From NCBI GenBank assembly GCA_964561545.1, contig CAZLQF010000004.1, positions 71,338 to 135,337 on the forward strand: DNA of 64,000 nt. Direction: 5' to 3'. The stretch's first letter is position 1. Each line of letters begins with the position of its first letter. Position numbers and translations under genes: made by a program. Positions 31,824-41,284 of the stretch are shown piece by piece. This DNA is from an uncultured Sphingobacteriales bacterium. GTDB taxonomy: Bacteria > Bacteroidota > Bacteroidia > CAILMK01 > CAYYUA01. The notes under the pieces are model-generated. The model did no database searches and was not told the DNA's origin. It saw only the letters and a list, made by a program, of their open reading frames with translations.

Positions 31824-32168
31824 TTAGTCTTTGATTTTCACAGGGATCTCCCCATAAATTTGGTAACCATCTATTTCTTCAATATTGACGTTTAAGTTTC
31901 TTCTTGAATTGTTGATGGGCAATCCTTTTCGAACGCTTTTGCCATCTAAAGCTACAATGTTGACATCCATAACATCGCTTGCCATTGATTCAACACGTAC
32001 TTTTACTGTACCGTCTTTATTGACAGGGATTTGCGCAAATTCTTTCACAGCTCTGCCATCATTGTTAGCATTTGCAATGGGTAACAATGAAGCATTTTGT
32101 AAGACTAACATTACCAAGCATACCGCGATGATGGTTAATACAGTTTTTGAATAGCCGTCAAGTTTCAT
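31824..32168 (-). CDS. Small secreted or membrane-anchored hypothetical protein (114 aa)
   Basis: N-terminal hydrophobic signal/anchor (TVLTIIAVCLVMLVLQNASLLPIANA). It is co-oriented with the nuclease gene, and its stop lies 3 nt from that gene's start. Confidence 0.4.
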   Translation of the reverse strand: MKLDGYSKTVLTIIAVCLVMLVLQNASLLPIANANNDGRAVKEFAQIPVNKDGTVKVRVESMASDVMDVNIVALDGKSVRKGLPINNSRRNLNVNIEEIDGYQIYGEIPVKIKD

Positions 32169-32321
32169 ATTTATCGATATTTTATTAAACCATGTTTGAT
32201 TAAGCCAATCAGGTTTTAAATGTTACCATTAAGGTTTTAATATTGGTTTTTTAACATCAATTGAATGGATTCAAGATTCTTTAATAATTCTATATTTTGA
32301 CAACTGAAAACGCTTTGCGAA

Positions 32322-33053
32322 TCAGGCTTTTCCTTTGTACGATAAATCAAAAAGCGAATCAACCGAAATCGTACGATCTGAAATAAAACCTTCTCCAAAA
32401 TTTAGATGTGCTGCAGCTCCCATTTCTTGCCATCTACCTTTTAAAAAGTCAAAAAACTGTGGCTTGGTAAGGATGGTTTCCGGTTCTTGGGATTCAGGGT
32501 CATAAAACTGGGATTTGTAAGCTTTAATGGCTTGTATTTTTTGATCAACGTAAGGTTCAATATCCATAACCAGGTCAGGTGTCAAATGATAGAACTGAAT
32601 GAAATGATAGACGATATGAGGACGCCAGGATTCTTGCTTCGTACCGTTAAGCATAGTTTCAATTTTAGGCAAACCAGCATAAAAGCAAGCCTCTTTTACC
32701 AACTGGCCGGCCCTTCCATGGTCCGGATGCCGGTCTGTTGTTGCGTTGGTAATAACAATTTCAGGCTGATATTGCCTTACTTTTTTAATGATTTCCATTT
32801 GATGAGCCTCATCATTTTTAAAAAAGCCATCCCGGAAACCTAAATTTTCCCTGGCTTGAACGCCTAAAATGTCAGCAGCGTCTTGCGCTTCTTGAAGCCT
32901 GGTATTGGCATCACCTCTTGTGCCCAATTCACCTTGGGTTAAATCGATCATTGCTACGTTATGACCCTGTTCAACATGGGATAGAATGGCACCGCCACAA
33001 CAAAGCTCTGCATCATCAGGATGAACAGCAATTACCAGTAAGTCAACTTTCAT
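32322..33053 (-). CDS. bshB1: PIG-L/LmbE-family deacetylase, probable bacillithiol biosynthesis deacetylase
   Basis: LmbE signature AVHPDDAELCCGG near the N-terminus. The length of about 240 aa is typical of BshB1. Confidence 0.7.
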   Translation of the reverse strand: MKVDLLVIAVHPDDAELCCGGAILSHVEQGHNVAMIDLTQGELGTRGDANTRLQEAQDAADILGVQARENLGFRDGFFKNDEAHQMEIIKKVRQYQPEIVITNATTDRHPDHGRAGQLVKEACFYAGLPKIETMLNGTKQESWRPHIVYHFIQFYHLTPDLVMDIEPYVDQKIQAIKAYKSQFYDPESQEPETILTKPQFFDFLKGRWQEMGAAAHLNFGEGFISDRTISVDSLFDLSYKGKA

Positions 33054-33212
33054 ATTAAAAGGCGTGTTTTAGCTTGGTTAGTTGATTTGAAATCTGATAC
33101 CAAAAATAAAGAATTGGCAAAAGGATTTTAATGGTGTAAAAAACAAAATGAAAACAAAAAGTTTAGTTTTTAAAGGTAAAATGAGATTTTTGAAGCCTTA
33201 AAAAATGAAGTT

Positions 33213-34151
33213 ATGAGTGAGGGTTTTAGCATCGTATTCATGGGAACGCCTGATTTTGGGATACCGGCTTTTCGAAAGTTAATTGAAGCCGGATTTTCTA
33301 TAAAAGCAGTAGTAACAGCTCCGGATAAACCTACTGGCAGGGGCCGAAAGTTAAAGCCTTGTGCCATGAAACAAGAAGCGCAAAAACATGAGCTACCTGT
33401 GCTTCAGCCTGAGAACCTAAAAGATGAAGCATTCCTGGAGGATTTGAAGGCGTATGAGCCGGATTTGCAAATTGTAGTGGCATTTCGAAAGTTGCCAAAA
33501 TCTGTCTGGAACTTACCAACAAAGGGAACAATTAACCTCCATGCTTCTTTATTGCCGGATTACCGGGGGGCTGCCCCCATCAATTGGGCCATCATAAACG
33601 GGGAAACCAAAACTGGCGTCACTACCTTCTACATCAATGACCAAATTGATACCGGATTTATTATTTACCAAGAATCTGTTGAAATAAACGAAAATGAATT
33701 GGCCGGGGAACTTCATGACAAATTGAGCGAAATAGGAGGGAACCTTGTTTTAAAAACAGCAGCGGTTATTCAAAAAGGCCAGCCTCCCCTAAAAGAACAA
33801 GCTCAAATTTCAAATCCCAAAAAAGCGCCTAAGATCAACAAAGCGGATTGCCGGATTGATTGGCATGATATCGTTGACAATGTTCATAACCTTATTCGTG
33901 GGCTAAGCCCATTTCCGGGTGCATGGACTACCTGGCAAGGTACCAACATTAAAATCTTTAGAACAGAAAAAGAAAACAACCAAGTTATGGAACAACCAGG
34001 AACTTTATTGCCAACCAAAAGCGAGCTTAAAGTTACGGCCAAAGATGGCTGCGTCAAAATCCTTGAGCTTCAACCTGAAGGTAGTAGGAAGATGGATTCC
34101 GGTAGCTTCTTGAATGGTTTTTCTATTCCAGCTGGAAGCAGGTTTGAATGA
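33213..34151 (+). CDS. fmt: Methionyl-tRNA formyltransferase
   Basis: Formyltransferase N-domain motifs (IVFMGTPDF...INLHASLLPDYRGAAPINWAIINGE) and the Fmt C-terminal domain. Confidence 0.95.
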   Translation: MSEGFSIVFMGTPDFGIPAFRKLIEAGFSIKAVVTAPDKPTGRGRKLKPCAMKQEAQKHELPVLQPENLKDEAFLEDLKAYEPDLQIVVAFRKLPKSVWNLPTKGTINLHASLLPDYRGAAPINWAIINGETKTGVTTFYINDQIDTGFIIYQESVEINENELAGELHDKLSEIGGNLVLKTAAVIQKGQPPLKEQAQISNPKKAPKINKADCRIDWHDIVDNVHNLIRGLSPFPGAWTTWQGTNIKIFRTEKENNQVMEQPGTLLPTKSELKVTAKDGCVKILELQPEGSRKMDSGSFLNGFSIPAGSRFE

Positions 34152-34271
34152 TGATTGGTAGCTTTATTTTACGGAATGTGAATAAGGGGTATTGATCAAG
34201 TAACATTTACTTTGGATACCCACATCTTTTGCCTGAAAGCTCTTCTTGTAAGTTCAATATTCAATAAGTGC

Positions 34272-35123
34272 TCAAATTTCCTGATTCAGCATTTCACTCA
34301 AATCCTTGGCAATGCCTAAATCGTACCGCTTCACTTTGTAAGAGCTCACCCAGCGAATGCCTTTTATGGAATCAGTTAAAAACATTTCATCGGCATTGAA
34401 GAGGTCTTCAAGTAAAACTGGGTTCAAGTGGTATTTAATGCCTTGTTGTTCCATTATTTCCAGTATATGAGAACGCATAACTCCTGCTACACAACCCTCT
34501 GTTAAAGGTGGAGTGATCACTTCTCCATTTTTTACCATAAAAAGGTTGGAGCTGATCGCTTCTGCAACCCTGTTTTTAGAGTTTATCAAAAGGCAGTCAT
34601 CCAATTGTTCTTCTTTCCGGTTAATCGAAGCTAAAACGTATACCAAGGCATTGCTCGACTTGTAATTAGAATATAAGTTGCAAGCCTTTTCCATTTCCGT
34701 AAAAATGTCGACTTTTAAGCCCTTTTTGTTCAACGTAAAGCCTGGATCAGTAAATGAATCAACCTCAATTAAAAAATCACCTTTATTGGACCGAGGTGCA
34801 TAATAGCCGCCATCTGAACGAAAAATAGAAAGCCTGATTCTTGCATTTTCATAAAGATTATTCTTTTCAAGCAGGCTAATGATTTTATTTTTGAAGAATT
34901 GTTTGTTCCAGTTTTTGGGGATTTCAATCCTTAAAAATTGAAGGCCGTTTAACAGCCTTTCAATGTGAGCATCGAAAAGATGAATTTTGCTGTTTGCATA
35001 GCGCATTGTTTCAAATAAACCATCACCGTATCTGAAAGATCGGTTGGTATTTTTAAACAATGTATCGTGTTCGGAATGAAATTCATTGTTATAAAGTAGA
35101 TATTGTGGGTTCTTTTTAGTCAT
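34272..35123 (-). CDS. Class IV aminotransferase (branched-chain aminotransferase / aminodeoxychorismate lyase-like)
   Basis: Fold-type IV PLP motifs are present (FRYGDGLFETMR; E...LTEGCVAGVMR). The start was set at the MTKKNPQ Met. The ORF-track start at 35225 adds 34 residues that are probably not translated. Confidence 0.75.
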   Translation of the reverse strand: MTKKNPQYLLYNNEFHSEHDTLFKNTNRSFRYGDGLFETMRYANSKIHLFDAHIERLLNGLQFLRIEIPKNWNKQFFKNKIISLLEKNNLYENARIRLSIFRSDGGYYAPRSNKGDFLIEVDSFTDPGFTLNKKGLKVDIFTEMEKACNLYSNYKSSNALVYVLASINRKEEQLDDCLLINSKNRVAEAISSNLFMVKNGEVITPPLTEGCVAGVMRSHILEIMEQQGIKYHLNPVLLEDLFNADEMFLTDSIKGIRWVSSYKVKRYDLGIAKDLSEMLNQEI

Positions 35124-35225
35124 GAAAGTCCTTTTTGCAAGCGCCAAAGTTATAATTTCAGGGATAATATAAAAACAAAAGGTGCTAATTTTAAGAACCC
35201 GATAATCACAATAATACCAGTCCAA

Positions 35226-35675
35226 ATGATAAGGTTAAGAAGCATTTTTTACCCTGGCAATAAGCATCAGTTTAACGTCTTTCAGGAGTATGCGGCCCCT
35301 TTTTACATGACCCTTTTTTCCATTTTGATGCTTATTTTGTTCTATCAATTGGCACGTAGAGCACCCATTTTATTTCCTGGTACAATAGGGGCTTTTAGTG
35401 TGGTGATCCTTTCCAATGCATTTGCAATAGTGAATATGAAAAGAAAGCAAGCTGAAATGGGCTTTCATGAAGGGCATTTCTACGTTCGCAGTGTTTATGA
35501 TTCCTTGCTCAAAAGGGAACCCAACTTTTTCCCCTTGCCCTACTCGAATCCTCAACTAAAGGGTGATAGACTTTACGTAACTTATTTTGACCGGATTTTA
35601 TGCCTTAATCCCTATGATTGGGAAAATTGGAATGACATTATGTACTTTTTCGGATTCAAGCATTATAGCCAGTGA
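35226..35675 (+). CDS. Hypothetical small membrane protein
   Basis: Two predicted TM helices (FYMTLFSILMLILFYQLA and GTIGAFSVVILSNAFAIV). The start is uncertain (alternatives at 35103 or 35307) and no motif was found. Confidence 0.3.
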   Translation: MIRLRSIFYPGNKHQFNVFQEYAAPFYMTLFSILMLILFYQLARRAPILFPGTIGAFSVVILSNAFAIVNMKRKQAEMGFHEGHFYVRSVYDSLLKREPNFFPLPYSNPQLKGDRLYVTYFDRILCLNPYDWENWNDIMYFFGFKHYSQ

Positions 35676-36196
35676 AGTTATGGCTAAAGGCGATGTTAAG
35701 AGCTTAAAGGGTTTAAATTACTGCCCTAATCTTTAATTGATCCGGTTAACTAATTAAACAAAAATTGGCAAATTGTAATAGGGATCCTATTTGTCTTTGC
35801 CGTCTTGGAACCTAATTTTATCCTGATACATTTTTTTTGAAGTTAGGTTTAAGCTGATTGAACCACATTTGGCTTGGCATTTGAAAAAATTTGATGGTTT
35901 AATTGCTGTACCTAACAGGCAGCACAGTTTTAGTAAAGCGGTAAGCTATTGGTAATAAATAAAAGAAGCCTGAGATTTCATGATCAATGGGTTTTTTAGA
36001 ACATCTTTTCATCGTTAAAGTTAAATTTCAAAAATAAAAGCTAAATATTTTGGAAATTGCGGAATAATCCAAGCTCATCAAGAATAAAAAACCTCAAAAG
36101 CATTGGTCAACATTGCAACTTAAGCAATCATAAAATCATTGATTGGAAGCCTTTCTAAATTGAACCAAATCCAAAAAAGAGTTAATTAACGCATCC

Positions 36197-39100
36197 ATGA
36201 GTCTTTCCTCAATCAGTATTAGAAGGCCAGTATTGGCAACCGTCATGTCGCTGACCATTGTTTTGTTTGGCATTTTAGGCTACAATTCTTTAGGCGTTCG
36301 GGAGTATCCCAATGTTGATCCACCCATCATTACAGTATCAACAGATTATACGGGTGCCAATGGGGAAGTTATTGAAACGCAGATCACAGAGCCCTTGGAA
36401 GAATCCATTAATGGCATTTCAGGCATCCGGACGTTGTCATCTGTAAGCCGTGATGGGCGAAGTACCATTACCGTTGAATTTAATTTAGCTCGCGATTTAG
36501 AGGCTGCAGCAAATGATGTTCGATCTAAAGTTTCCCAGGCAAGAGAGCAATTACCCGACAATGCTAACCCGCCGGTGGTGGAAAAATCTGATGCTAGTTC
36601 TGACCCTATTGTATTTTTAAACATAAGGAGCGATCAACGATCGCTTCTGGAGCTAACCGAATTGGCGGATAATGTATTCAAAGAGCGTTTCCAGACCATA
36701 CAGGATGTGAGCCGTGTATCAATCTGGGGGGATAAAACCTATTCCATGCGCCTATGGTTGGATCCGGCCAAGATGAATGCCTACGATGTAACGCCAATTG
36801 ATATTCGAAATGCCTTAAATCAAGAAAACGTAGAACTACCCTCCGGAGCCATTGAAGGTGAAACTGTAGAGCTTAGCATTCGTACCAAAGGGCGCTTAAG
36901 CACGGTCAAGGACTTCAATAACATGATTATCCGGGAAACGGATAACAACATCGTTCGATTGAAGCATGTTGGTGAGGCCAAGTTAGGACCTGTGGATAAG
37001 CGGACGATGTTGAAAAGAGATGGCATTCCCATGGTAGGCACGGTGCTAAGACCCCAACCTGGTGCCAATTACATCAACATTGTTGATGAGTTTTACAACC
37101 GCCTTGACAAAATCAAGCAAGACCTGCCAGCGGATATTGAACTTGGGATCGGTTTTGATACCACGCAATACATTCGTGAATCCATTAACCAAGTACAGAC
37201 CACCATCTTCATTGCCTTCCTTTTGGTAATTGGCATTATATTCTTATTCCTTCGGGATTGGCGGACCACGCTTATCCCCGTGATTGTGGTGCCAATTGCC
37301 ATTATTGGCAGCTTTTTTATGATGTTTGTATTTGGGTTTACCATTAACGTCCTTACGCTCTTAGCACTTGTATTGGCCATTGGTTTGGTGGTGGATGATG
37401 CCATTGTGGTATTGGAAAACATCTATTCAAAAATAGAAGAAGGTAGAACACCCGTGGATGCAGCTTCTAAAGGGGCTGCTGAAATATTCTTTGCGGTCAT
37501 ATCAACAACATTGGCCTTGGCTGCGGTATTTTTACCCATCATTTTTTTGCAGGGAATTACGGGGAGGCTTTTCCAGGAATTTGCGGTAGTAATAGCCGGA
37601 TGTGTGATCATTTCATCTTTTGTGGCTCTTACCCTTTCACCAATGCTTAGCTCAAAGATCCTTAAAAAGCGTGAAACCCATAATTGGTTTTACAACAAAA
37701 CCGAACAATTTTTCATTAGCCTGACCAATGGATACAGAAAGACGCTGGAAGTTTTTATGCGGGTTCGCTGGCTGGCTTTTGCCATTATTTTAGCACTGGC
37801 TGGAGGCATATATGGCCTTTATAAAGCCATTCCCTCAGAATTAGCGCCTATTGAGGACCGTAACAATGTGCGAATGTTCGCTACTGGGCCACAGGGAGCT
37901 ACATTTACCTACATGGACCGTTATATGGATAGCTTGATTCACCTCGTTCAGGATACCATACCACAACGAAAGGCTGTGATTTCTGTAACTTCTCCCGGAT
38001 TTGGGGCCAATACCTCTAAAAATTCGGGCTTTATGAGGTTGATGATGACTGATAAGAGCAAAAGGGAAATGACCCAACAACAGATTGCGGGAAAGCTTTC
38101 CGAATTGGTACCAAACATTCCCGGAGCACGGACTTTTGTAACACAGGAGCAAACAATAGGAGGGGGCTTTGGTGGACAACCTGTAGAATTTGTTATCCAA
38201 GCCGCCAATATGAATAAACTTAAGCAGGTATTGCCCAAATTTATGAGCCGGGTAGAGGAGCAAGAGATGTTCAGGTTCACAGATGTAAACCTTAAATTCA
38301 ACAAACCAGAGTTGGACTTGACTTTCGACCGTGAACAAACCCGCAAACTCGGGGTCAATGCAAGAGACCTTGCACAAACGCTCCAATTGGCGTTAAGCAG
38401 TCAAAGAATGGGATACTTCATAATGGGCGGTAAGCAATACCAGATCATTGCCCAGGTAAAGGACCGTGAACGGGATGAACCCAATGACTTAAAGAATCTT
38501 TATGTACGTAACAAAGATGGCAAGTTGATCCCCATTGATAACCTGGTGAACTTAAAGGAGGAAAGTGGGCCGCCCACTATTTATCGATATAACCGTTATG
38601 TTTCAGCAACTGTGTCGGCCAATTTAGCGGGGGAGCATACCATAGGCCAAGGCATATCCAAAATGCGTACTATTGCTAACGATGTGCTGGATCAAAGTTT
38701 TTCTACGGCTCTATCCGGTACGTCAAAAGATTATGCTGAAAGTGCATCCAGCTTGGTATTTGCTTTTGTACTGGCCCTGCTTATTATTTTTCTCGTTCTT
38801 TCAGCCCAATTTGAAAGCTTCAGGGATCCTTTGATTATTATGTTGACGGTTCCTTTGGCATTATCAGGAGCCCTTCTGGTTATTTGGACCTTTAATGAAA
38901 CCCTGAATATTTTCAGTCAGATTGGCATTATTATGCTGATCGGCTTGGTAACAAAAAATGCCATTTTAATTGTAGAATTTTCGAATCAGCAAAAGGCTCA
39001 AGGTTACGGTATTCGTGATGCCGTTATGATTGGAGCTACCAGGCGCTTTCGTCCTATTCTAATGACAAGCATTTCTACGATTTTGGGCATTTCACCCCTT

Positions 39101-39268
39101 GTCTTTGGAGGCGGAGCTGGTTCTGAAAGCCGTGCATCAATGGGCATAGCCGTGATTGGCGGATTGATTTTTGCAACTTTGCTTTCGCTTTACATCATAC
39201 CGGCTGTTTATACCTACATATCTGAGCAAAAGAAGGCAGTTAGTAATGTGGATGAAATGGAGCGTTAA
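36197..39268 (+). CDS. RND efflux transporter permease (AcrB/HAE1 family)
   Basis: 1023 aa with 12 TM helices and two large periplasmic loops. Conserved AcrB-family segments are present (e.g. GLVVDDAIVVLENI). Confidence 0.95.
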   Translation: MSLSSISIRRPVLATVMSLTIVLFGILGYNSLGVREYPNVDPPIITVSTDYTGANGEVIETQITEPLEESINGISGIRTLSSVSRDGRSTITVEFNLARDLEAAANDVRSKVSQAREQLPDNANPPVVEKSDASSDPIVFLNIRSDQRSLLELTELADNVFKERFQTIQDVSRVSIWGDKTYSMRLWLDPAKMNAYDVTPIDIRNALNQENVELPSGAIEGETVELSIRTKGRLSTVKDFNNMIIRETDNNIVRLKHVGEAKLGPVDKRTMLKRDGIPMVGTVLRPQPGANYINIVDEFYNRLDKIKQDLPADIELGIGFDTTQYIRESINQVQTTIFIAFLLVIGIIFLFLRDWRTTLIPVIVVPIAIIGSFFMMFVFGFTINVLTLLALVLAIGLVVDDAIVVLENIYSKIEEGRTPVDAASKGAAEIFFAVISTTLALAAVFLPIIFLQGITGRLFQEFAVVIAGCVIISSFVALTLSPMLSSKILKKRETHNWFYNKTEQFFISLTNGYRKTLEVFMRVRWLAFAIILALAGGIYGLYKAIPSELAPIEDRNNVRMFATGPQGATFTYMDRYMDSLIHLVQDTIPQRKAVISVTSPGFGANTSKNSGFMRLMMTDKSKREMTQQQIAGKLSELVPNIPGARTFVTQEQTIGGGFGGQPVEFVIQAANMNKLKQVLPKFMSRVEEQEMFRFTDVNLKFNKPELDLTFDREQTRKLGVNARDLAQTLQLALSSQRMGYFIMGGKQYQIIAQVKDRERDEPNDLKNLYVRNKDGKLIPIDNLVNLKEESGPPTIYRYNRYVSATVSANLAGEHTIGQGISKMRTIANDVLDQSFSTALSGTSKDYAESASSLVFAFVLALLIIFLVLSAQFESFRDPLIIMLTVPLALSGALLVIWTFNETLNIFSQIGIIMLIGLVTKNAILIVEFSNQQKAQGYGIRDAVMIGATRRFRPILMTSISTILGISPLVFGGGAGSESRASMGIAVIGGLIFATLLSLYIIPAVYTYISEQKKAVSNVDEMER

Positions 39269-39510
39269 ATGTTCAGAAGTAATAAAAAAATCGACTCTAT
39301 CGACATGAGTTTTATATCAAATAAAACTGGATTGGATGGAAAGTAGAAAGCTATAGGCTGTAAGCCTGCTAAAAAGGATTTTGGATCGCGGAAAAATACA
39401 CCCACTAAAGCGGACTTAAAACAATAGGCTTAGCTTGGGGAAGCCTTTCACATATTGAAAGAACTACAATTCAAAACAGCTTATATTTAAGTTTACTGAA
39501 AAACAGTATC

Positions 39511-40833
39511 ATGAATAAGTTTATTATCATTCTATTAACAATCTTGACCACGGTTTCTACGCAAGCCCAGATCGATACGCTGGCTTTAAAAGATGCAGTG
39601 CAATCAGGTTTGGAAAACAATTATGCCATCCAAATTGAGGAACAAAACCTGGCTATTGATGAAAACAATGTTTCCCGCGGAAATGCCGGTTTTTTTCCCT
39701 CAATAAATTTGAATGCTACCCAGACCAATAACACCACCAATATATCCCAGGAATTTATTAGTGGGGAGACCATTGACCGCAAGGGTGCTAATTCCCGATC
39801 ATTCAGTGCAAGGGCTGAATTGAGGTGGACTTTATTTGATGGCTTCCGTATGTTTACCACTTACGACCAGCTCAAGGAGATCCGAAAAAAAGGGGAGGAA
39901 CAATTCCAGTTGACCGTGCTTAGCAATGTTTCAAGCATCATCGAGCAGTACTTTACCATTGTACGCTTAAGGCAGGAAATGGCTACCCAGCAAGAAGCGT
40001 TGGTTCTTTCCCGAAGTAAGCGGAATTTAGCAAAAACCAGCTATGAGATAGGAGCTGGATCAAAACTTGATTACATGCAGGCTCGGGTTGATTACAATAC
40101 CGATACATCCGAATACATTGCCCAACAAGAGGCATTGCAAGCTGCCAAAATCCGCTTGAATGAATTACTGGGTAGGGAAGTAACATCTGATTATCAAGTA
40201 GAGCCCGAAATACCCCTTCAAGAAGGCTTGGAATATGAAGCCCTTAAGCAATATACGTTAAGTAACAATCCAGGTTTGAAGATTGCAAAAAAAGACAAGC
40301 GAATTGCCAATCTTAGCTTGCAAAATGTTCAATCAGAGCATTATCCGAAGGTAGGGTTGAACATTGGGTATAATTTTGCCACGTCTTCCTCAGAAGCAGG
40401 ATTTGTAAGTGAGCGCCAAGAGCATGGCCCTGATTATGGTTTTTTCCTATCTTACAATCTTTTTGATGGCTTCAATACCAACCGTAAAAAAACCAATGCT
40501 CAGCTGGCAATTAACAAATCCAAGCTTGAGTATAAACAAAAGCGACAGGAGGTTCTTAGTGATTTAAAAGTGGCCTTTACCAATTACCAAAACAACCTGT
40601 CAAAGGTTAGGTTGGAACGGGAAAATGTGCAGGTGGCCCGAGAGAATTATGACATTGCTCGCAAAAACTACGAAGTGGGTGGGATTGCTTACCTCGAACT
40701 ACAAGAAGCCCAACAAAATTACTTGGATGCCCAAAATCGCTTGACAGAAGCTAAATACCAAACCAAACAAGCCGAAATAGAATTGATGAAAGTAAGCGGG
40801 ATGATGATGAATAATGGGGTAATGGCTGATTAA
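39511..40833 (+). CDS. TolC-family outer-membrane efflux protein
   Basis: Signal peptide and two tandem alpha-helical/beta-barrel repeats. About 440 aa. It sits immediately downstream of the RND permease. Confidence 0.85.
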   Translation: MNKFIIILLTILTTVSTQAQIDTLALKDAVQSGLENNYAIQIEEQNLAIDENNVSRGNAGFFPSINLNATQTNNTTNISQEFISGETIDRKGANSRSFSARAELRWTLFDGFRMFTTYDQLKEIRKKGEEQFQLTVLSNVSSIIEQYFTIVRLRQEMATQQEALVLSRSKRNLAKTSYEIGAGSKLDYMQARVDYNTDTSEYIAQQEALQAAKIRLNELLGREVTSDYQVEPEIPLQEGLEYEALKQYTLSNNPGLKIAKKDKRIANLSLQNVQSEHYPKVGLNIGYNFATSSSEAGFVSERQEHGPDYGFFLSYNLFDGFNTNRKKTNAQLAINKSKLEYKQKRQEVLSDLKVAFTNYQNNLSKVRLERENVQVARENYDIARKNYEVGGIAYLELQEAQQNYLDAQNRLTEAKYQTKQAEIELMKVSGMMMNNGVMAD

Positions 40834-40855
40834 ATTGTTCAATTCAATAATAGAT

Positions 40856-40896
40856 TTTAAAAGAAAACCGTATGAAATTTCTTTTAAAGTTTTTTA
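40856..40896 (+). terminator. Putative intrinsic terminator after the TolC gene
   Basis: A 12 bp AT-rich inverted repeat (ttttaaaagaaa / tttcttttaaag) with a 10 nt loop, followed by tttttt. Confidence 0.4.
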
Positions 40897-41284
40897 GGGT
40901 GGTTGATTGGCAGAAGGGTAAATAGTTTAGAGGTAAAAATCGATAAAAATAAAGCTATTTTTTAAAATAAGAGCAAATTAAAAAGGATTAGCCTTCAACA
41001 TTTACAAATACCTTAAAAAGGAATAAAGTTAGATAAATAAGACAGGATTTAGTAAGCCCCCTATTAAAAAGATAACAACCCTTTATAATTTCAAATAAAA
41101 ACAAAAGAATGTATCAATTGCTTTTTTCGATTTATTTTAAAAATTGTTTTGAATTGTATTGGAAGTTTTATTAAATTAGTACCTAACTTAACAACGAATC
41201 AAAAGCTGTACAGTAATTAAATCTACAATCAAGTGCATATACTGTAATGCTTCTTTATTATGAAATCAAGTAAAAATTATTTCT

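Noticed and set aside
36346-38386. Several antisense ORFs of 62 to 181 aa inside the RND permease gene
   Set aside because: They lie entirely within a well-supported 1023 aa CDS on the opposite strand, and their translations are low-complexity (Ser/Thr/Pro-rich). This is typical of spurious antisense frames.
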